Shown: one piece after another, positions 16,459-26,433 of the stretch
Layout: every line of letters begins with the position of its first letter
Numbering within the stretch: position 1 is the first letter of the stretch
Source of the DNA: a virus
Taxonomy: Duplodnaviria; Caudoviricetes
Length of the DNA stretch: 34,379 bases
IMG/VR virus record: IMGVR_UViG_3300006879_000010
Span: 1 to 34,379 of that record
Reading direction: 5' to 3' (one strand)
Notes under the pieces: model-generated
The model's database searches: none
Seen by the model: only the letters and a program-made list of their open reading frames with translations
What the model was told of the DNA's origin: nothing
Program-made: the position numbers and the translations under genes

Positions 16459-19400
16459 ATGGCTGAAAAAATAGAAGGTTTGTCGATTGGACTTGATTTA
16501 GATTCAGCCCAAATGGAACGTGGTTTAACTGGCTTGAAAGATCGTTTGCGAACCGTAAATAGTGAAATGAAATCGAATATGAGTGCATTTGACCGATCTG
16601 ACCAATCCGTTGGTAAATACGAGAAAAGGCTTGAAGGACTTAATAAAAAGCTTGATGCACAAAAACAAGTCACTCAAGCATCAAAAGAAGAGTATGAAAA
16701 AATGGTTTCCGAACATGGTCGGGGCAGCGTTGAAGCAGAACGTGCAGAACGTGCATACAACAACCAAGCGGCCGCATTAAACAATCTCGAGCGGTATGTG
16801 GAAGGCGCTACAAAAGAACTTGAGGAAATGCAGAAACAACAACGTATCGCTGATTCTGGTTGGACTAAAACGGGGAATAAGCTGCAAGAAACAGGCAGCA
16901 AGATTACAAGTATGGGTACAGGTTTGCAAAACTTCGGAAAGAAATGGACTAAAGTAACTTCTATTGCCGCAGGAGCCGCCGTTGGTTTGGGTGCTTCTTT
17001 GTTCGCGTTAACCAACAAAATTACGGAAAACGCTGACGAGATCGCCAAAGGTGCTACTAAAATGGGCGTTTCCACTGACTTTTATCAAGAAATGGACTAT
17101 TGGGCGGGTCAGAATGGAATATCCTCAGATAATATGACAAAAGCACTCGAAAGACTTAACCAGCGGATGGGTAGAGCGGCAGATGGAAATGAGAAATATT
17201 CTAATGCATTGGAAGCTTTAGGCATTGATATGGGCGAGGTTAGAGAAGGAACACTGTCTACCGAAGATGCTATGGCTCAATCCATTCAATCGTTGTCCGA
17301 AATGGAAAGTGAACAACAAAAATCAGCTATAGCTTCTGAGTTATTTGGCACTAAACTTTCTAGGAACCTCATGCCCGCATTACAAGGTGGTTCGCTTACG
17401 ATAGAAGAAGCAAAGGAGAAGGCAAAAGAACTAGGCATTGTTATGTCGGAAGATCAATTAAGTGCAGCAGAAGATTTTCAAGATTCATATGACGACATAA
17501 AAAGATCTCTAACAGCCGTAACACAACAAATCGGACTATCTCTCATGCCTTATATGCAAAAAGCCATGGACTGGACGATGTCTAACATGCCTAAGATTCA
17601 AGAAACGATTTCTGGTGCTTTTGAGACTGCTAGCAACTCTATTAAAAGTGTTTGGCTATGGCTTAACAATTTAAGTCCTGAAATCAAAAAGGCGGCTGGA
17701 TTGTTTGCGGGAATAGCGACGGCGATCGGACCAGTATCATTTGCATTGGGTGGTTTACTGAAAATATTCGGTCCGTTTGTTGGAGTAATTGGAACAGCCT
17801 TCAAAGCGGTCGGAAGATTTGGCGGGTTGTTGCCTGCGTTAAAAGTCGGATTTACTGCCTTGACTGGACCAATCGGAATAACAGTCGGAATCATAACCGC
17901 ATTAACGACAGGATTCGCGCTAGCTTACAAAAAATCAGATACATTCCGAGGTATTATAAACAAGTTAAAAGATGCTTTTCTGAATGCTGTATCAGGTATC
18001 AAGGAATTCTTGACAACTAACGAAACAATACTTGCTATGGTTGACGGTATCAAGTCGGCATTTAACACATTACGCGAAAAGGTAAACCAAGCCATCGGAG
18101 CAATTGTTGGCTTTTTCCAAGAAAAAATAGCGGTCATGACATCATTCTGGGATAGTGAAGGTTCAAGTTTTCTACAGGCATTTTCAAATATTTTTTCTGG
18201 TATCTGGTTTGTTACAAAACCTGTACTAGATGGCATTCTAGCAGCAGTGAAATTTACGCTACCGATTATTCAATCGATATTCGAATTAACCTTTAAAGCG
18301 GCTTTGGCGGTTGTGAAAATGGTGTGGCAAAATATCCAAGGCGTTATCGATGGCGGACTAAAAATAATACGCGGATTAGTACAAGTTTTCTCTGGTTTAT
18401 TTACCGGCGACTTTTCAAAAATGTGGTCTGGTATTAAGGAAATATTTTCAGGTGCCGTTCAGTTTTTGTGGAATTTTATACAGCTGTCCTTTTTTGGGAA
18501 ACTACTTAAAGGTGTAGCTGGTTTTGCTAAGTTATTTAGTAAAGCCTTTTCCTCATTGTGGACTGGCATACGGAACATATTTTCTAATGTAATAAAATTT
18601 TTAGTTGAGTTTGTGAAAAATAGATTTACCTCCATGCGAAATACAACGACCTCAATTTTTACTGGAATACGAAACATGACGAAAAAAGTTTGGAATAAAA
18701 CGAAGGATTTTATAGTTAATCCGATAAAAAATGGTGTCAATTGGGCGATAAAAAAATTTACCAATTTTAAAAATAGCGTTACTGAAACCTTCAAAAATAT
18801 AAAAGATAACGTGTTTGGCTATGTATCGGATATGGTTCAGAAGGTCAAGGAAATGCCAGGGAACATGAAATCTAAAATCGTCGAAGGTGCACACAAAGTT
18901 AAGGACGGCATGCTAGCAATTGGTCGGAAAATGGTTGACGGTATAGCCTCTGGTGTTAATGGCGTTATCAACGCTGTTAAGTGGGTTCTGAAAAAATTCG
19001 GAATTGATAAGAGTTGGAGTTGGGACCCTGCTACTAGTTTAAATTGGTATGCCAAGGGGACGAAAGGGAAACACCCTGGTGGTCCAGCTGTTGTTGGTGA
19101 TGGAACTGGTAGTAATGCAGGACCCGAACTCATGCGAGATCATAAAGGTAATTTCTCATTAAGTCCAGATAGGCCAACGTTAATACCTAATATGTCTAAA
19201 GGATCGCAAGTATGGTCTGCCACAGAAACAAGAGAAGCATTAGCTCCAAAATATGAATGGGGTATTAACTTCAAAGACGTTGCTAAAGCCTTGAATTTGG
19301 GCGGAGAAGCATTGAAGTATTCCGATTCTAAGAAAAACAAAGCAATAGGAAAAGCAGCATCAGGCGTTGGTACAGCGTTTGATGTTTATAATGAGACTCC

Positions 19401-20295
19401 TAAAGCCTTATTAAATACAGGACTAAAAGCAATGGGTGTAGAAGTTCCTGTCCTTCCTGCTGCACTTGGTGAAATGGCTAAGGGTGGATTTGATTACGTC
19501 AAAGGCAAAGCGGTAGACTTTATTAAAAAGACACAAGATGACGAGTTAGAAAGTGTTTCTGGTCCTGCATCAGGCGGAGCCAAGGCATGGAGTTCTCACA
19601 TCAGAAAAGCCGCAGCTAGGATGAACGAATCTATCACTAATACTCATGTTAACGGTATTATCGCTCAAATTAATAGAGAATCAGGCGGTAATGAGAAGAT
19701 CATCCAATCTCCTAATGTTGTAGATATCAATACAATGATGGGAAATCCTGCACGCGGATTGCTCCAGTACATCCCGCAAAGTTTTGCAGCTTATCGCATG
19801 AAGGGTCATAACAACATCATGTCCGGTTATGATCAATTACTAGCATTTTTTAACAACAAAAACTGGCGTAAGGATTTACCATACGGTACACGCGGTTGGG
19901 GTCCTACTGGTGGTCGTAAGTTTGCAAGTGGTGGATTGGTTAAAAATAGCGGATTGTACGAGTTGGCAGAAGGTGGATTTCCTGAATGGGTTATCCCGAC
20001 TGATCCTAAACGTAGGACGGATGCTATGAAACTATTAGCGCTCGCCGGCAAGGATATTGAGAGTGGAAATAAGCGACCACGGCAGTTGCCTAATGTTAGT
20101 GGTGGTGGCGATAATGATAGTAACAACAAGCACTTAGAAGCTGTGGTCGATAAACTCACACAACAAGTGCAATTGCTTACTGAATTAGTTGTATCAAGCC
20201 GTAACATTGAACGAAAGCCAATCCTAACAGACGATGATGTTACGAACGCTGTTAACAACAAAAATGCATTTAATGCAATAGGAAACTATTTCTAG
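16459..20295 (+). CDS. Tape measure protein with C-terminal lytic transglycosylase domain
   Basis: 1278 aa, helical with W/F periodicity; QINRESGGN...DIN..GNPARGLLQYIP..F SLT motif. Confidence 0.95.
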   Translation: MAEKIEGLSIGLDLDSAQMERGLTGLKDRLRTVNSEMKSNMSAFDRSDQSVGKYEKRLEGLNKKLDAQKQVTQASKEEYEKMVSEHGRGSVEAERAERAYNNQAAALNNLERYVEGATKELEEMQKQQRIADSGWTKTGNKLQETGSKITSMGTGLQNFGKKWTKVTSIAAGAAVGLGASLFALTNKITENADEIAKGATKMGVSTDFYQEMDYWAGQNGISSDNMTKALERLNQRMGRAADGNEKYSNALEALGIDMGEVREGTLSTEDAMAQSIQSLSEMESEQQKSAIASELFGTKLSRNLMPALQGGSLTIEEAKEKAKELGIVMSEDQLSAAEDFQDSYDDIKRSLTAVTQQIGLSLMPYMQKAMDWTMSNMPKIQETISGAFETASNSIKSVWLWLNNLSPEIKKAAGLFAGIATAIGPVSFALGGLLKIFGPFVGVIGTAFKAVGRFGGLLPALKVGFTALTGPIGITVGIITALTTGFALAYKKSDTFRGIINKLKDAFLNAVSGIKEFLTTNETILAMVDGIKSAFNTLREKVNQAIGAIVGFFQEKIAVMTSFWDSEGSSFLQAFSNIFSGIWFVTKPVLDGILAAVKFTLPIIQSIFELTFKAALAVVKMVWQNIQGVIDGGLKIIRGLVQVFSGLFTGDFSKMWSGIKEIFSGAVQFLWNFIQLSFFGKLLKGVAGFAKLFSKAFSSLWTGIRNIFSNVIKFLVEFVKNRFTSMRNTTTSIFTGIRNMTKKVWNKTKDFIVNPIKNGVNWAIKKFTNFKNSVTETFKNIKDNVFGYVSDMVQKVKEMPGNMKSKIVEGAHKVKDGMLAIGRKMVDGIASGVNGVINAVKWVLKKFGIDKSWSWDPATSLNWYAKGTKGKHPGGPAVVGDGTGSNAGPELMRDHKGNFSLSPDRPTLIPNMSKGSQVWSATETREALAPKYEWGINFKDVAKALNLGGEALKYSDSKKNKAIGKAASGVGTAFDVYNETPKALLNTGLKAMGVEVPVLPAALGEMAKGGFDYVKGKAVDFIKKTQDDELESVSGPASGGAKAWSSHIRKAAARMNESITNTHVNGIIAQINRESGGNEKIIQSPNVVDINTMMGNPARGLLQYIPQSFAAYRMKGHNNIMSGYDQLLAFFNNKNWRKDLPYGTRGWGPTGGRKFASGGLVKNSGLYELAEGGFPEWVIPTDPKRRTDAMKLLALAGKDIESGNKRPRQLPNVSGGGDNDSNNKHLEAVVDKLTQQVQLLTELVVSSRNIERKPILTDDDVTNAVNNKNAFNAIGNYF

Positions 20296-20305
20296 GAGGC
20301 TTTAC

Positions 20306-21154
20306 GTGTTTATTTTATATGATGAAAATATGAATCTCATCCCTTTTCCAGTTGGCGTAAAGCCTCTGGATATTTTTATATCAAGTATACAAAAAGAAAG
20401 AGAAACAGAAACATTAGAAGGTATGGACGGTAAGATTGATTACGGGGCAACGTATAGCGATCGTGAACCCATTGAATTAAAGATGCTTTTAAAAGCGCAC
20501 GACACGAGAGACTACAGGTTATTACGCAATGTTGTATATGCCATGATTGATAAGATCGCTTACGTGTCAGAAGAGTATGAGCGTGGGAAACGATATCGGG
20601 TCACTGTGGATGAATCGTTTATCCCTGAAAGAATACCTAATAATCAACGTTTTGCAACTGCTGATGTAAATTGCAGTATGCCTGGTTTGCCGTTTGCCGA
20701 ATCCATAGGAACAACACAAGACATACAACGGGATGGAATTAATACCAACAGTGAGCTGTGGGGATTCGGCATGGGTCTTATATCAGATGACGACTCACAA
20801 AAATACACTCACAAAGCCGAACAAAGGAAAACATTTGCGGTATACAATGCCGGTAATGTTCTAATACATCCATTTGAACAAAAATTGCGAATTGAAATTT
20901 CCGATGTTTACAGATCAAGCAGTTTTTTCGAATTGAATAATGAGACAAACGGATCAACATTTAAAGTGACTGAAAAAGTAGACAGCACAGATAAAATTGT
21001 ACTGGATGGAGCGAATATACAAATTAACAATTTAGAAGCACTTAGGCGGACAAATAGAAAGTATATTCAGCTTGATCCTGGCTGGAATATATTTTCAATT
21101 GAGGGCGCATTGAGTGCGGATATTAAATTTGATTTTCCATTTTATTATAAATAG
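20306..21154 (+). CDS. Distal tail protein (Dit)
   Basis: Follows TMP; LPFAESIG, YNAGNV.I.PF, L.PGWN.F, FDFPFYY. Confidence 0.88.
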   Translation: MFILYDENMNLIPFPVGVKPLDIFISSIQKERETETLEGMDGKIDYGATYSDREPIELKMLLKAHDTRDYRLLRNVVYAMIDKIAYVSEEYERGKRYRVTVDESFIPERIPNNQRFATADVNCSMPGLPFAESIGTTQDIQRDGINTNSELWGFGMGLISDDDSQKYTHKAEQRKTFAVYNAGNVLIHPFEQKLRIEISDVYRSSSFFELNNETNGSTFKVTEKVDSTDKIVLDGANIQINNLEALRRTNRKYIQLDPGWNIFSIEGALSADIKFDFPFYYK

Positions 21155-21169
21155 GAAGGAGGATATTCA

Positions 21170-21946
21170 TTGAGAAAGATGGTAGGTACATTGTGGGATA
21201 GAATTACCCGCAATGACATTAATAGTAATTTCGAGCAATTATATAACGACGTCGGCAACATATCCGGCAAGATAACAGATGATATGTACGAAGAAATAAA
21301 GAATAATGTCGATCTCAATTGGGATGATCACGTCAATTCTGTTTCTGATCTTCCGAGTGATCCAACCGTAGGAACAACAATTCTCATAAGTAGTGATGGT
21401 GATGATTACGGAAAGGTTTTTCGTTATGATGGTTCCAACTGGAAAGAAATATTCCAAATGAATCCCGATGCAATATTTTCGTTAGAAGAACGCCTGCAAA
21501 AAGAAATAGATAAAAAGGAAACTCCTGAAGGTGCACAGGAAAAAGCGGATAAAGCGGAAACAAACGCTAAACAGACCGTGACTGATCTCGAACAGGAGAT
21601 TTACGGTGATGACAGCGATATTGTAAAGGTTGTGGAAAGCGGAAGCAATGCTAATGGTGAGTACATCCGTTATTCAGATGGGATGCAGTATTGCTGGGGA
21701 GACCTAAAATTGACGGCAAATGTTAGTCTTAATTCCTTATATCGCTCGGAATCCGAAGAATGGACATACCCTAAGGCATTTAAAGAAAAACCTTATTTCG
21801 TTTCTGCATCAGCACAGGCATACACACGATGGGCTGATATTGCAAGTTTCCCAAGTAAAGACAGTTGCTCCATAGTTCAATTTGCCACATCAGAAAAATC
21901 AAACTCGATAACCACGTTGACGTATGCCGTTGGTAGGTGGAAATAA
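21170..21946 (+). CDS. Tail fibre-like protein with gp53-like C-terminal domain
   Basis: RN.IN.NF..LY N-terminus, FRYDGSNW, KETPEGAQ.KAD, ESGSNANGEYIRYSDG.Q.CWG...AVGRWK. Confidence 0.75.
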   Translation: MRKMVGTLWDRITRNDINSNFEQLYNDVGNISGKITDDMYEEIKNNVDLNWDDHVNSVSDLPSDPTVGTTILISSDGDDYGKVFRYDGSNWKEIFQMNPDAIFSLEERLQKEIDKKETPEGAQEKADKAETNAKQTVTDLEQEIYGDDSDIVKVVESGSNANGEYIRYSDGMQYCWGDLKLTANVSLNSLYRSESEEWTYPKAFKEKPYFVSASAQAYTRWADIASFPSKDSCSIVQFATSEKSNSITTLTYAVGRWK

Positions 21947-22575
21947 TGATAAATATTCCGTATGATTTTATTGGCACTGTGGAATACGAAAGATACTCAG
22001 AGGTAATCGAAAGGATAAAAAAATTCGATAACCATTACACTATCGGGAAAGATCAAAGCGGCGAGTTTGATATGTATGTAATCCGTTTGGGGAATAAAAC
22101 CAAACCAACATTATTGATCACAGCCGGAATGCACGGTACTGAATGGCAGGGTACACAATACAGTTTAATCTTTATGGAACAATTAAGAGATAACCTTTTC
22201 CCGGATATTAGCTTCCGGGATTTTTTATTGAGTAATTTCCAGATTATTTATATTCCAGTGATGAATCCGTGGGGTTATGACAGGACTACTCCGCATGAGC
22301 CGAAATCAAGGAACAGAGGTAGAAGGAATTCAAATGATGTTGATTTAAACTCTGATTTCAAAAGTTTCACGCAAGCCGAATCGATCAACACTAAAAAAGT
22401 AATGGATGAATTTAAACCATTTGCTTACCTTGACTTACACCTTCAAACTCATGATATGGGAGGTAATGAAGATAATAACATTATCGTTGGTAATGGTCAG
22501 TACGAAACGGATTACGTCAAAGAAGAATGGATAGATTCTCTTGAAAATTACACCGGTCAATCCGTGACAAACTAG
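21946..22575 (+). CDS. M14 zinc carboxypeptidase domain, 5' part of an M14-Tal fusion cut by in-frame TAG
   Basis: AGMHGTE, PVMNPWG, RRN...DLN.DF, QAES, YLDLH; the same frame stays open after TAG 22573-22575. Confidence 0.82.
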   Translation: MINIPYDFIGTVEYERYSEVIERIKKFDNHYTIGKDQSGEFDMYVIRLGNKTKPTLLITAGMHGTEWQGTQYSLIFMEQLRDNLFPDISFRDFLLSNFQIIYIPVMNPWGYDRTTPHEPKSRNRGRRNSNDVDLNSDFKSFTQAESINTKKVMDEFKPFAYLDLHLQTHDMGGNEDNNIIVGNGQYETDYVKEEWIDSLENYTGQSVTN

Positions 22576-22617
22576 CAAGGGTATACGAATTTAAAAAACG
22601 GACTTTCAAGGACATAT

Positions 22618-25311
22618 ATGCGTGATTATATTAATCCGTATACGCCTCACACTCTTTCCTATATTGTTGAGTTGATGCGGCCCGAGGAACGAGACGGGGA
22701 ATTGATTGCCCCTTTAAGCGATGAACAAATATTTAAATTCGGTAGTGCTAGTCTCTATCTCTTTTTTAAAACGTCTATGAAATATTTCATGGAAACATTC
22801 CAAGTGCAAGAATATAAAAGCCAGACAATGTTTGTGCGTGATTTAATTGGCAAGGAATACCACTTGCAAGCCACTACAACGCATGAGTTTGATTTAAATG
22901 GTAATCAGTCGATTTCCTTTTCTGTCCTACCTACAAAGGTGAATAAGGAATTTATAGATGATATATCCGAAATGTGGGAAGTTATAGACGATAAGGGTGT
23001 TTTGCATAAGATTATCTACTGTAAAAAGCAAGGTGTCGGTCAGCATTCTACAAAGATGGAATATAGAGAATCCGATCATCATTTCTTAACTCCGGCACAG
23101 GTTGTAAATGGAGAATCAAAAGGGAATCCTGTAAAAGAAAAGCGTTTAAAAGTTGAAATTAAAGCCATTCCATTGTTCTTTGATGTAATGGATAATTCCC
23201 GCATCTATGAAGAATATAACGAACACATGCCAGCACAACGAGCATTTGCAAGAATATTTGAAGGCGTTCCGTTTGAATTTATTATCGTAGGGCAATTTGA
23301 TGCGGTCGAATGGGAGGGTTTTGGAGCAGGTGAATCACGGCTAGAAACGTTTAAACGTGCACTAGAACGATATAAAATGGAGTTCCGCATTGTTGGAAAT
23401 ATTGTCTACTTGGAACGACAAGTGGGCCGGGATACATCATTTCAATACAGGCATAAATTGAACGCTTCCAACATCGTAAAAGAAATAGATGCCAGGGAGT
23501 TCTGGACGTATGCAAAGGGTTACGGCAACTTTGGTAACGAAGGTGAAGGAGAAGGCGAGAGTAGCGATTGGCAAGATGCGAAACTAACTCGAGAATATAC
23601 ATCTCCACTTGCGAAAGTAATCGGAAAACGTGACGCACCACCTGTTAAAGACGGGCGTATTACCGATGAGACCACAATGGATAGAGGATTAAAAGAATTA
23701 GTGGAAGACTCGTTAAAAATAAGCATTACCACAGATATACACGATTTACGAAAACAGGGATATGCATTAGCACAACCTGAGATCGGAGATCGTGTTTTTA
23801 TTATCGATGAACGTATCGGACTAGATGAAGAAGTTAGAGTAATCGACATGTCTGTCACGAAAGATTGGCGTGGTAACGTAACTGCATTGTCATTAACAAT
23901 CGGTTCGGAAGGTTTATCCAAGCGCCACCAGACTAATATAAGTACTGCAGCCAAACAGATCAATGAACTGATAGAAGGGCGCAGAGAGTTGCCTTTTAGC
24001 GTACTTGATGAAGCTGTCAAAAACGCAACCAAGGCCCTACAGAGTGCTCAGACAGAGTTAATCTTTGGTAATGGGATTATTGGAAAAGATAAAAAGAATC
24101 CTAACTATTTAACGGTGTTTAATAGTAGAGGGTTAGGTGTTTCAAATGATGGAGGAAACACTTTTACAGAAGCAATCATTGCTGGATTAGGTATTAATGC
24201 CAGCGCGGTTGTAACCGGAACGATGCTTGCTGATTTTATTGCGGGCGGTACGTTGGCATCTTTAAACGGAAACCTAAACTTTGACATGAACAATGGCGAC
24301 TTTGACATGAAAAGAGCCAACTTTACGCTTGGCAGTGGTGCAAGAATCGATTTCACTTCCGTTGGAAACCGGATCACTTATGAAAGAACAGATAAAGAAG
24401 ATAACCAAAAACGTACTGCTGGTTACGGTGTAGGACGCGCTTATAACGAACGGTTCCCTTATGTTTTCATGGGGGCAACCGGAACAAGTAAACACAGTCT
24501 TGATCCATCTGACGAAAACTATTTCAGCGGTTTTATTGCCAACACAACCAAACGTGAATCAGAGGACGAAATAGGAAACAGTGTTGTTGGTTATCGTTTC
24601 CACATCAGGGATTTGCCAGTCAGTTATACAAAAGGCTTTGAGTTTAATATAAATGGAAGTACCAACGTTTTTAGAGGTATGAACACGGGGTCTGTTGATT
24701 ATAACCTGGGTGACGAAAACAGTTTATTTAATCAGTTATTCGTCCGTAGGGTTAAAACTTCTGGCGGTTTTGAAGTAAGAAACAACAGTGCGACAGACAT
24801 TGGGTACTTGTTTGAAACTTCTAGCGGATTACATTTTCGGGGTCTTAATGGAGATCGGTACCAATATGATTTAGGTTCTAAGGAAAGCAGGAATCATTGG
24901 AACAGGGGGTATATAAATTATCTCCAGGGTGCAGCAAGCGATAGCGGTGTAGGAAACAGTGACAATCCTTATCGTTATGGACATATTCAAGAATTGACCG
25001 TGCAAACCATTCATGACAGCAGTAGGAAAGATGTTAAGTTGAATATTGAGCCATTAGAACCTTACGTGGCGAATGATTTTATCGATATGTCGAAAGTTAA
25101 TTCATTTAACTACCGTGATTCAGACTTAACTAATAAGTTTTCTTTGCGAGCAGGATTAGTAATCGAGCAGTTAGACCCAACGAACGATAAACTGTACAAA
25201 GCAGATGAGGATTCGCTTGACGTATCTAGCATTATTTATCTACTTCTTCTGTCGTTGCAGGATACTAGAAAAGACTTAAAAGAATTGGAGGAATACGTTT
25301 ATGAACAGTGA
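22618..25311 (+). CDS. Tal / prophage tail endopeptidase with C-terminal S74 chaperone; first ~70 aa are the end of the M14 domain
   Basis: Tal-like from 22828 (MFVRDL..KEY, LNGNQS, YAKGYG, EYTSPLA, GDRV.IIDE.IGL); SSRKDVK.NIE..GLVIE..coiled coil. Confidence 0.88.
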   Translation: MRDYINPYTPHTLSYIVELMRPEERDGELIAPLSDEQIFKFGSASLYLFFKTSMKYFMETFQVQEYKSQTMFVRDLIGKEYHLQATTTHEFDLNGNQSISFSVLPTKVNKEFIDDISEMWEVIDDKGVLHKIIYCKKQGVGQHSTKMEYRESDHHFLTPAQVVNGESKGNPVKEKRLKVEIKAIPLFFDVMDNSRIYEEYNEHMPAQRAFARIFEGVPFEFIIVGQFDAVEWEGFGAGESRLETFKRALERYKMEFRIVGNIVYLERQVGRDTSFQYRHKLNASNIVKEIDAREFWTYAKGYGNFGNEGEGEGESSDWQDAKLTREYTSPLAKVIGKRDAPPVKDGRITDETTMDRGLKELVEDSLKISITTDIHDLRKQGYALAQPEIGDRVFIIDERIGLDEEVRVIDMSVTKDWRGNVTALSLTIGSEGLSKRHQTNISTAAKQINELIEGRRELPFSVLDEAVKNATKALQSAQTELIFGNGIIGKDKKNPNYLTVFNSRGLGVSNDGGNTFTEAIIAGLGINASAVVTGTMLADFIAGGTLASLNGNLNFDMNNGDFDMKRANFTLGSGARIDFTSVGNRITYERTDKEDNQKRTAGYGVGRAYNERFPYVFMGATGTSKHSLDPSDENYFSGFIANTTKRESEDEIGNSVVGYRFHIRDLPVSYTKGFEFNINGSTNVFRGMNTGSVDYNLGDENSLFNQLFVRRVKTSGGFEVRNNSATDIGYLFETSSGLHFRGLNGDRYQYDLGSKESRNHWNRGYINYLQGAASDSGVGNSDNPYRYGHIQELTVQTIHDSSRKDVKLNIEPLEPYVANDFIDMSKVNSFNYRDSDLTNKFSLRAGLVIEQLDPTNDKLYKADEDSLDVSSIIYLLLLSLQDTRKDLKELEEYVYEQ

Positions 25312-25498
25312 TATTACCAAGGAGCAATTACAAGAACAATTACAACGACAAAATAAGATGATACAAGGGTTGCAAAGTGAAGTTGGCGTGTTAACAGGTG
25401 AAAGAATAGCTGCTAGTGTGGCTTATCAGGAAGCGCAACAAGAGTTGGATAGATTACACCAAGAGCAGGTAAAGGAAATGGATGAAGCAGATGAATAA
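25301..25498 (+). CDS. Small coiled-coil tail protein
   Basis: SD GGAGG; heptad pattern. Confidence 0.7.
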   Translation: MNSDITKEQLQEQLQRQNKMIQGLQSEVGVLTGERIAASVAYQEAQQELDRLHQEQVKEMDEADE

Positions 25499-25643
25499 AG
25501 TCACGATAGAACCACAAAACAGAAGTGTAACCATTCATCCGCGAGGGAACAGCGTGACACTAAAGGCCGTCCGAATCGAATCACACTATCATTTCCTCAC
25601 TCCGGTTCAGGTAGTCGATACACCAAAGGAGCGTGAGCAATGA
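25491..25643 (+). CDS. 50-aa protein (MNKVTIEPQ...ESHYHFLTPVQVVD...), not in ORF track
   Basis: Overlaps both neighbours; shares a motif with Tal. Confidence 0.6.
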   Translation: MNKVTIEPQNRSVTIHPRGNSVTLKAVRIESHYHFLTPVQVVDTPKEREQ

Positions 25644-25942
25644 ATACGATATATCTATATCAAGGTGACACGGGAACAGGCGCGGATGCCATAATAGAAA
25701 ACAAGGACGGGCCAGTTGACTTAACTGATGCTGACGTTCTTTTTTTATTTGGTGATCATGTGATCTATCCGATCAAGCAAAAGGAAAAAGGGAATGTCCG
25801 GCTTGTGTTCGAGGATATGCATATGGAAGTAGCCTGCATATTCAATGCCTATTTTAGAGTGATTTGGAGCGACACAAGGAAAGAAACGTTCCCCGGCCCG
25901 CAGTTAGAACCAATTAAAGTACACATAAAGGAGATGAAATAA
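25640..25942 (+). CDS. BppU N-terminal-like baseplate adaptor
   Basis: QGDT...GPVDLTDA.V...G.V...AYFRV.W..TRKETFP. Confidence 0.75.
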   Translation: MNTIYLYQGDTGTGADAIIENKDGPVDLTDADVLFLFGDHVIYPIKQKEKGNVRLVFEDMHMEVACIFNAYFRVIWSDTRKETFPGPQLEPIKVHIKEMK

Positions 25943-26433
25943 TGGCAGATATAAACGATAAGTTAAAGCGCGCAATAGATGGGCCTGCACCACAACATAA
26001 GTTACCGGGAAGAGATGTATTTGAACCGAGTGAGGGTTCAGATGGCGCACTGCACACAAAAGTGACGGATGTAGAAGGGAATCCGATTGATCCTAGGGAT
26101 GTAAAACTACCGTCCAATTATCCCGATAGTGCAACATTAGCAGAATTACAGGCAATAAAGGAAGAAAACACCGAGATTAAGAAAACTCAGGGGAAAATAA
26201 TTGAAGCGCTGCAAGCTAACAACGAAAATCTAATGAACACGAATCAAGTATTAGAAAGTGTAATTAAGGATAATCGCATACAGTCCGATGCTCAAGTAAC
26301 TGGGAGTATAGTGGGGTACTCAACGGAAGATAAGACGGTTATTTTCCCCAATGCAAAACGCAACGACCAGTTTTTAGAATTGGATACAAAGGATGTTTAT
26401 TTTCATGATGGTAAGGGGTGGGTCAAATGGTGA
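25942..26433 (+). CDS. Tail fibre stem/adaptor; last ~43 aa come from the putative cassette
   Basis: Coiled coil, DAQVTGS junction, then FLELDT..VYF.DG..W. Confidence 0.7.
   Translation: MADINDKLKRAIDGPAPQHKLPGRDVFEPSEGSDGALHTKVTDVEGNPIDPRDVKLPSNYPDSATLAELQAIKEENTEIKKTQGKIIEALQANNENLMNTNQVLESVIKDNRIQSDAQVTGSIVGYSTEDKTVIFPNAKRNDQFLELDTKDVYFHDGKGWVKW
26285..26312. repeat. Putative recombination site, left
   Basis: CCGATGCTCAA-GTAACT-GGGAGTATAGT; related in direct orientation to 27291-27318. Confidence 0.55.

Noticed and set aside
22573-22575. Genome-wide TAG reassignment (alternative genetic code)
   Set aside because: Other genes (TMP, Dit, tail terminator) end properly at TAG followed by an SD and the next gene; only one internal TAG was seen
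11500-24495. Many antisense ORFs inside structural genes
   Set aside because: Shadow frames of well-supported + strand genes, without SDs or recognisable motifs
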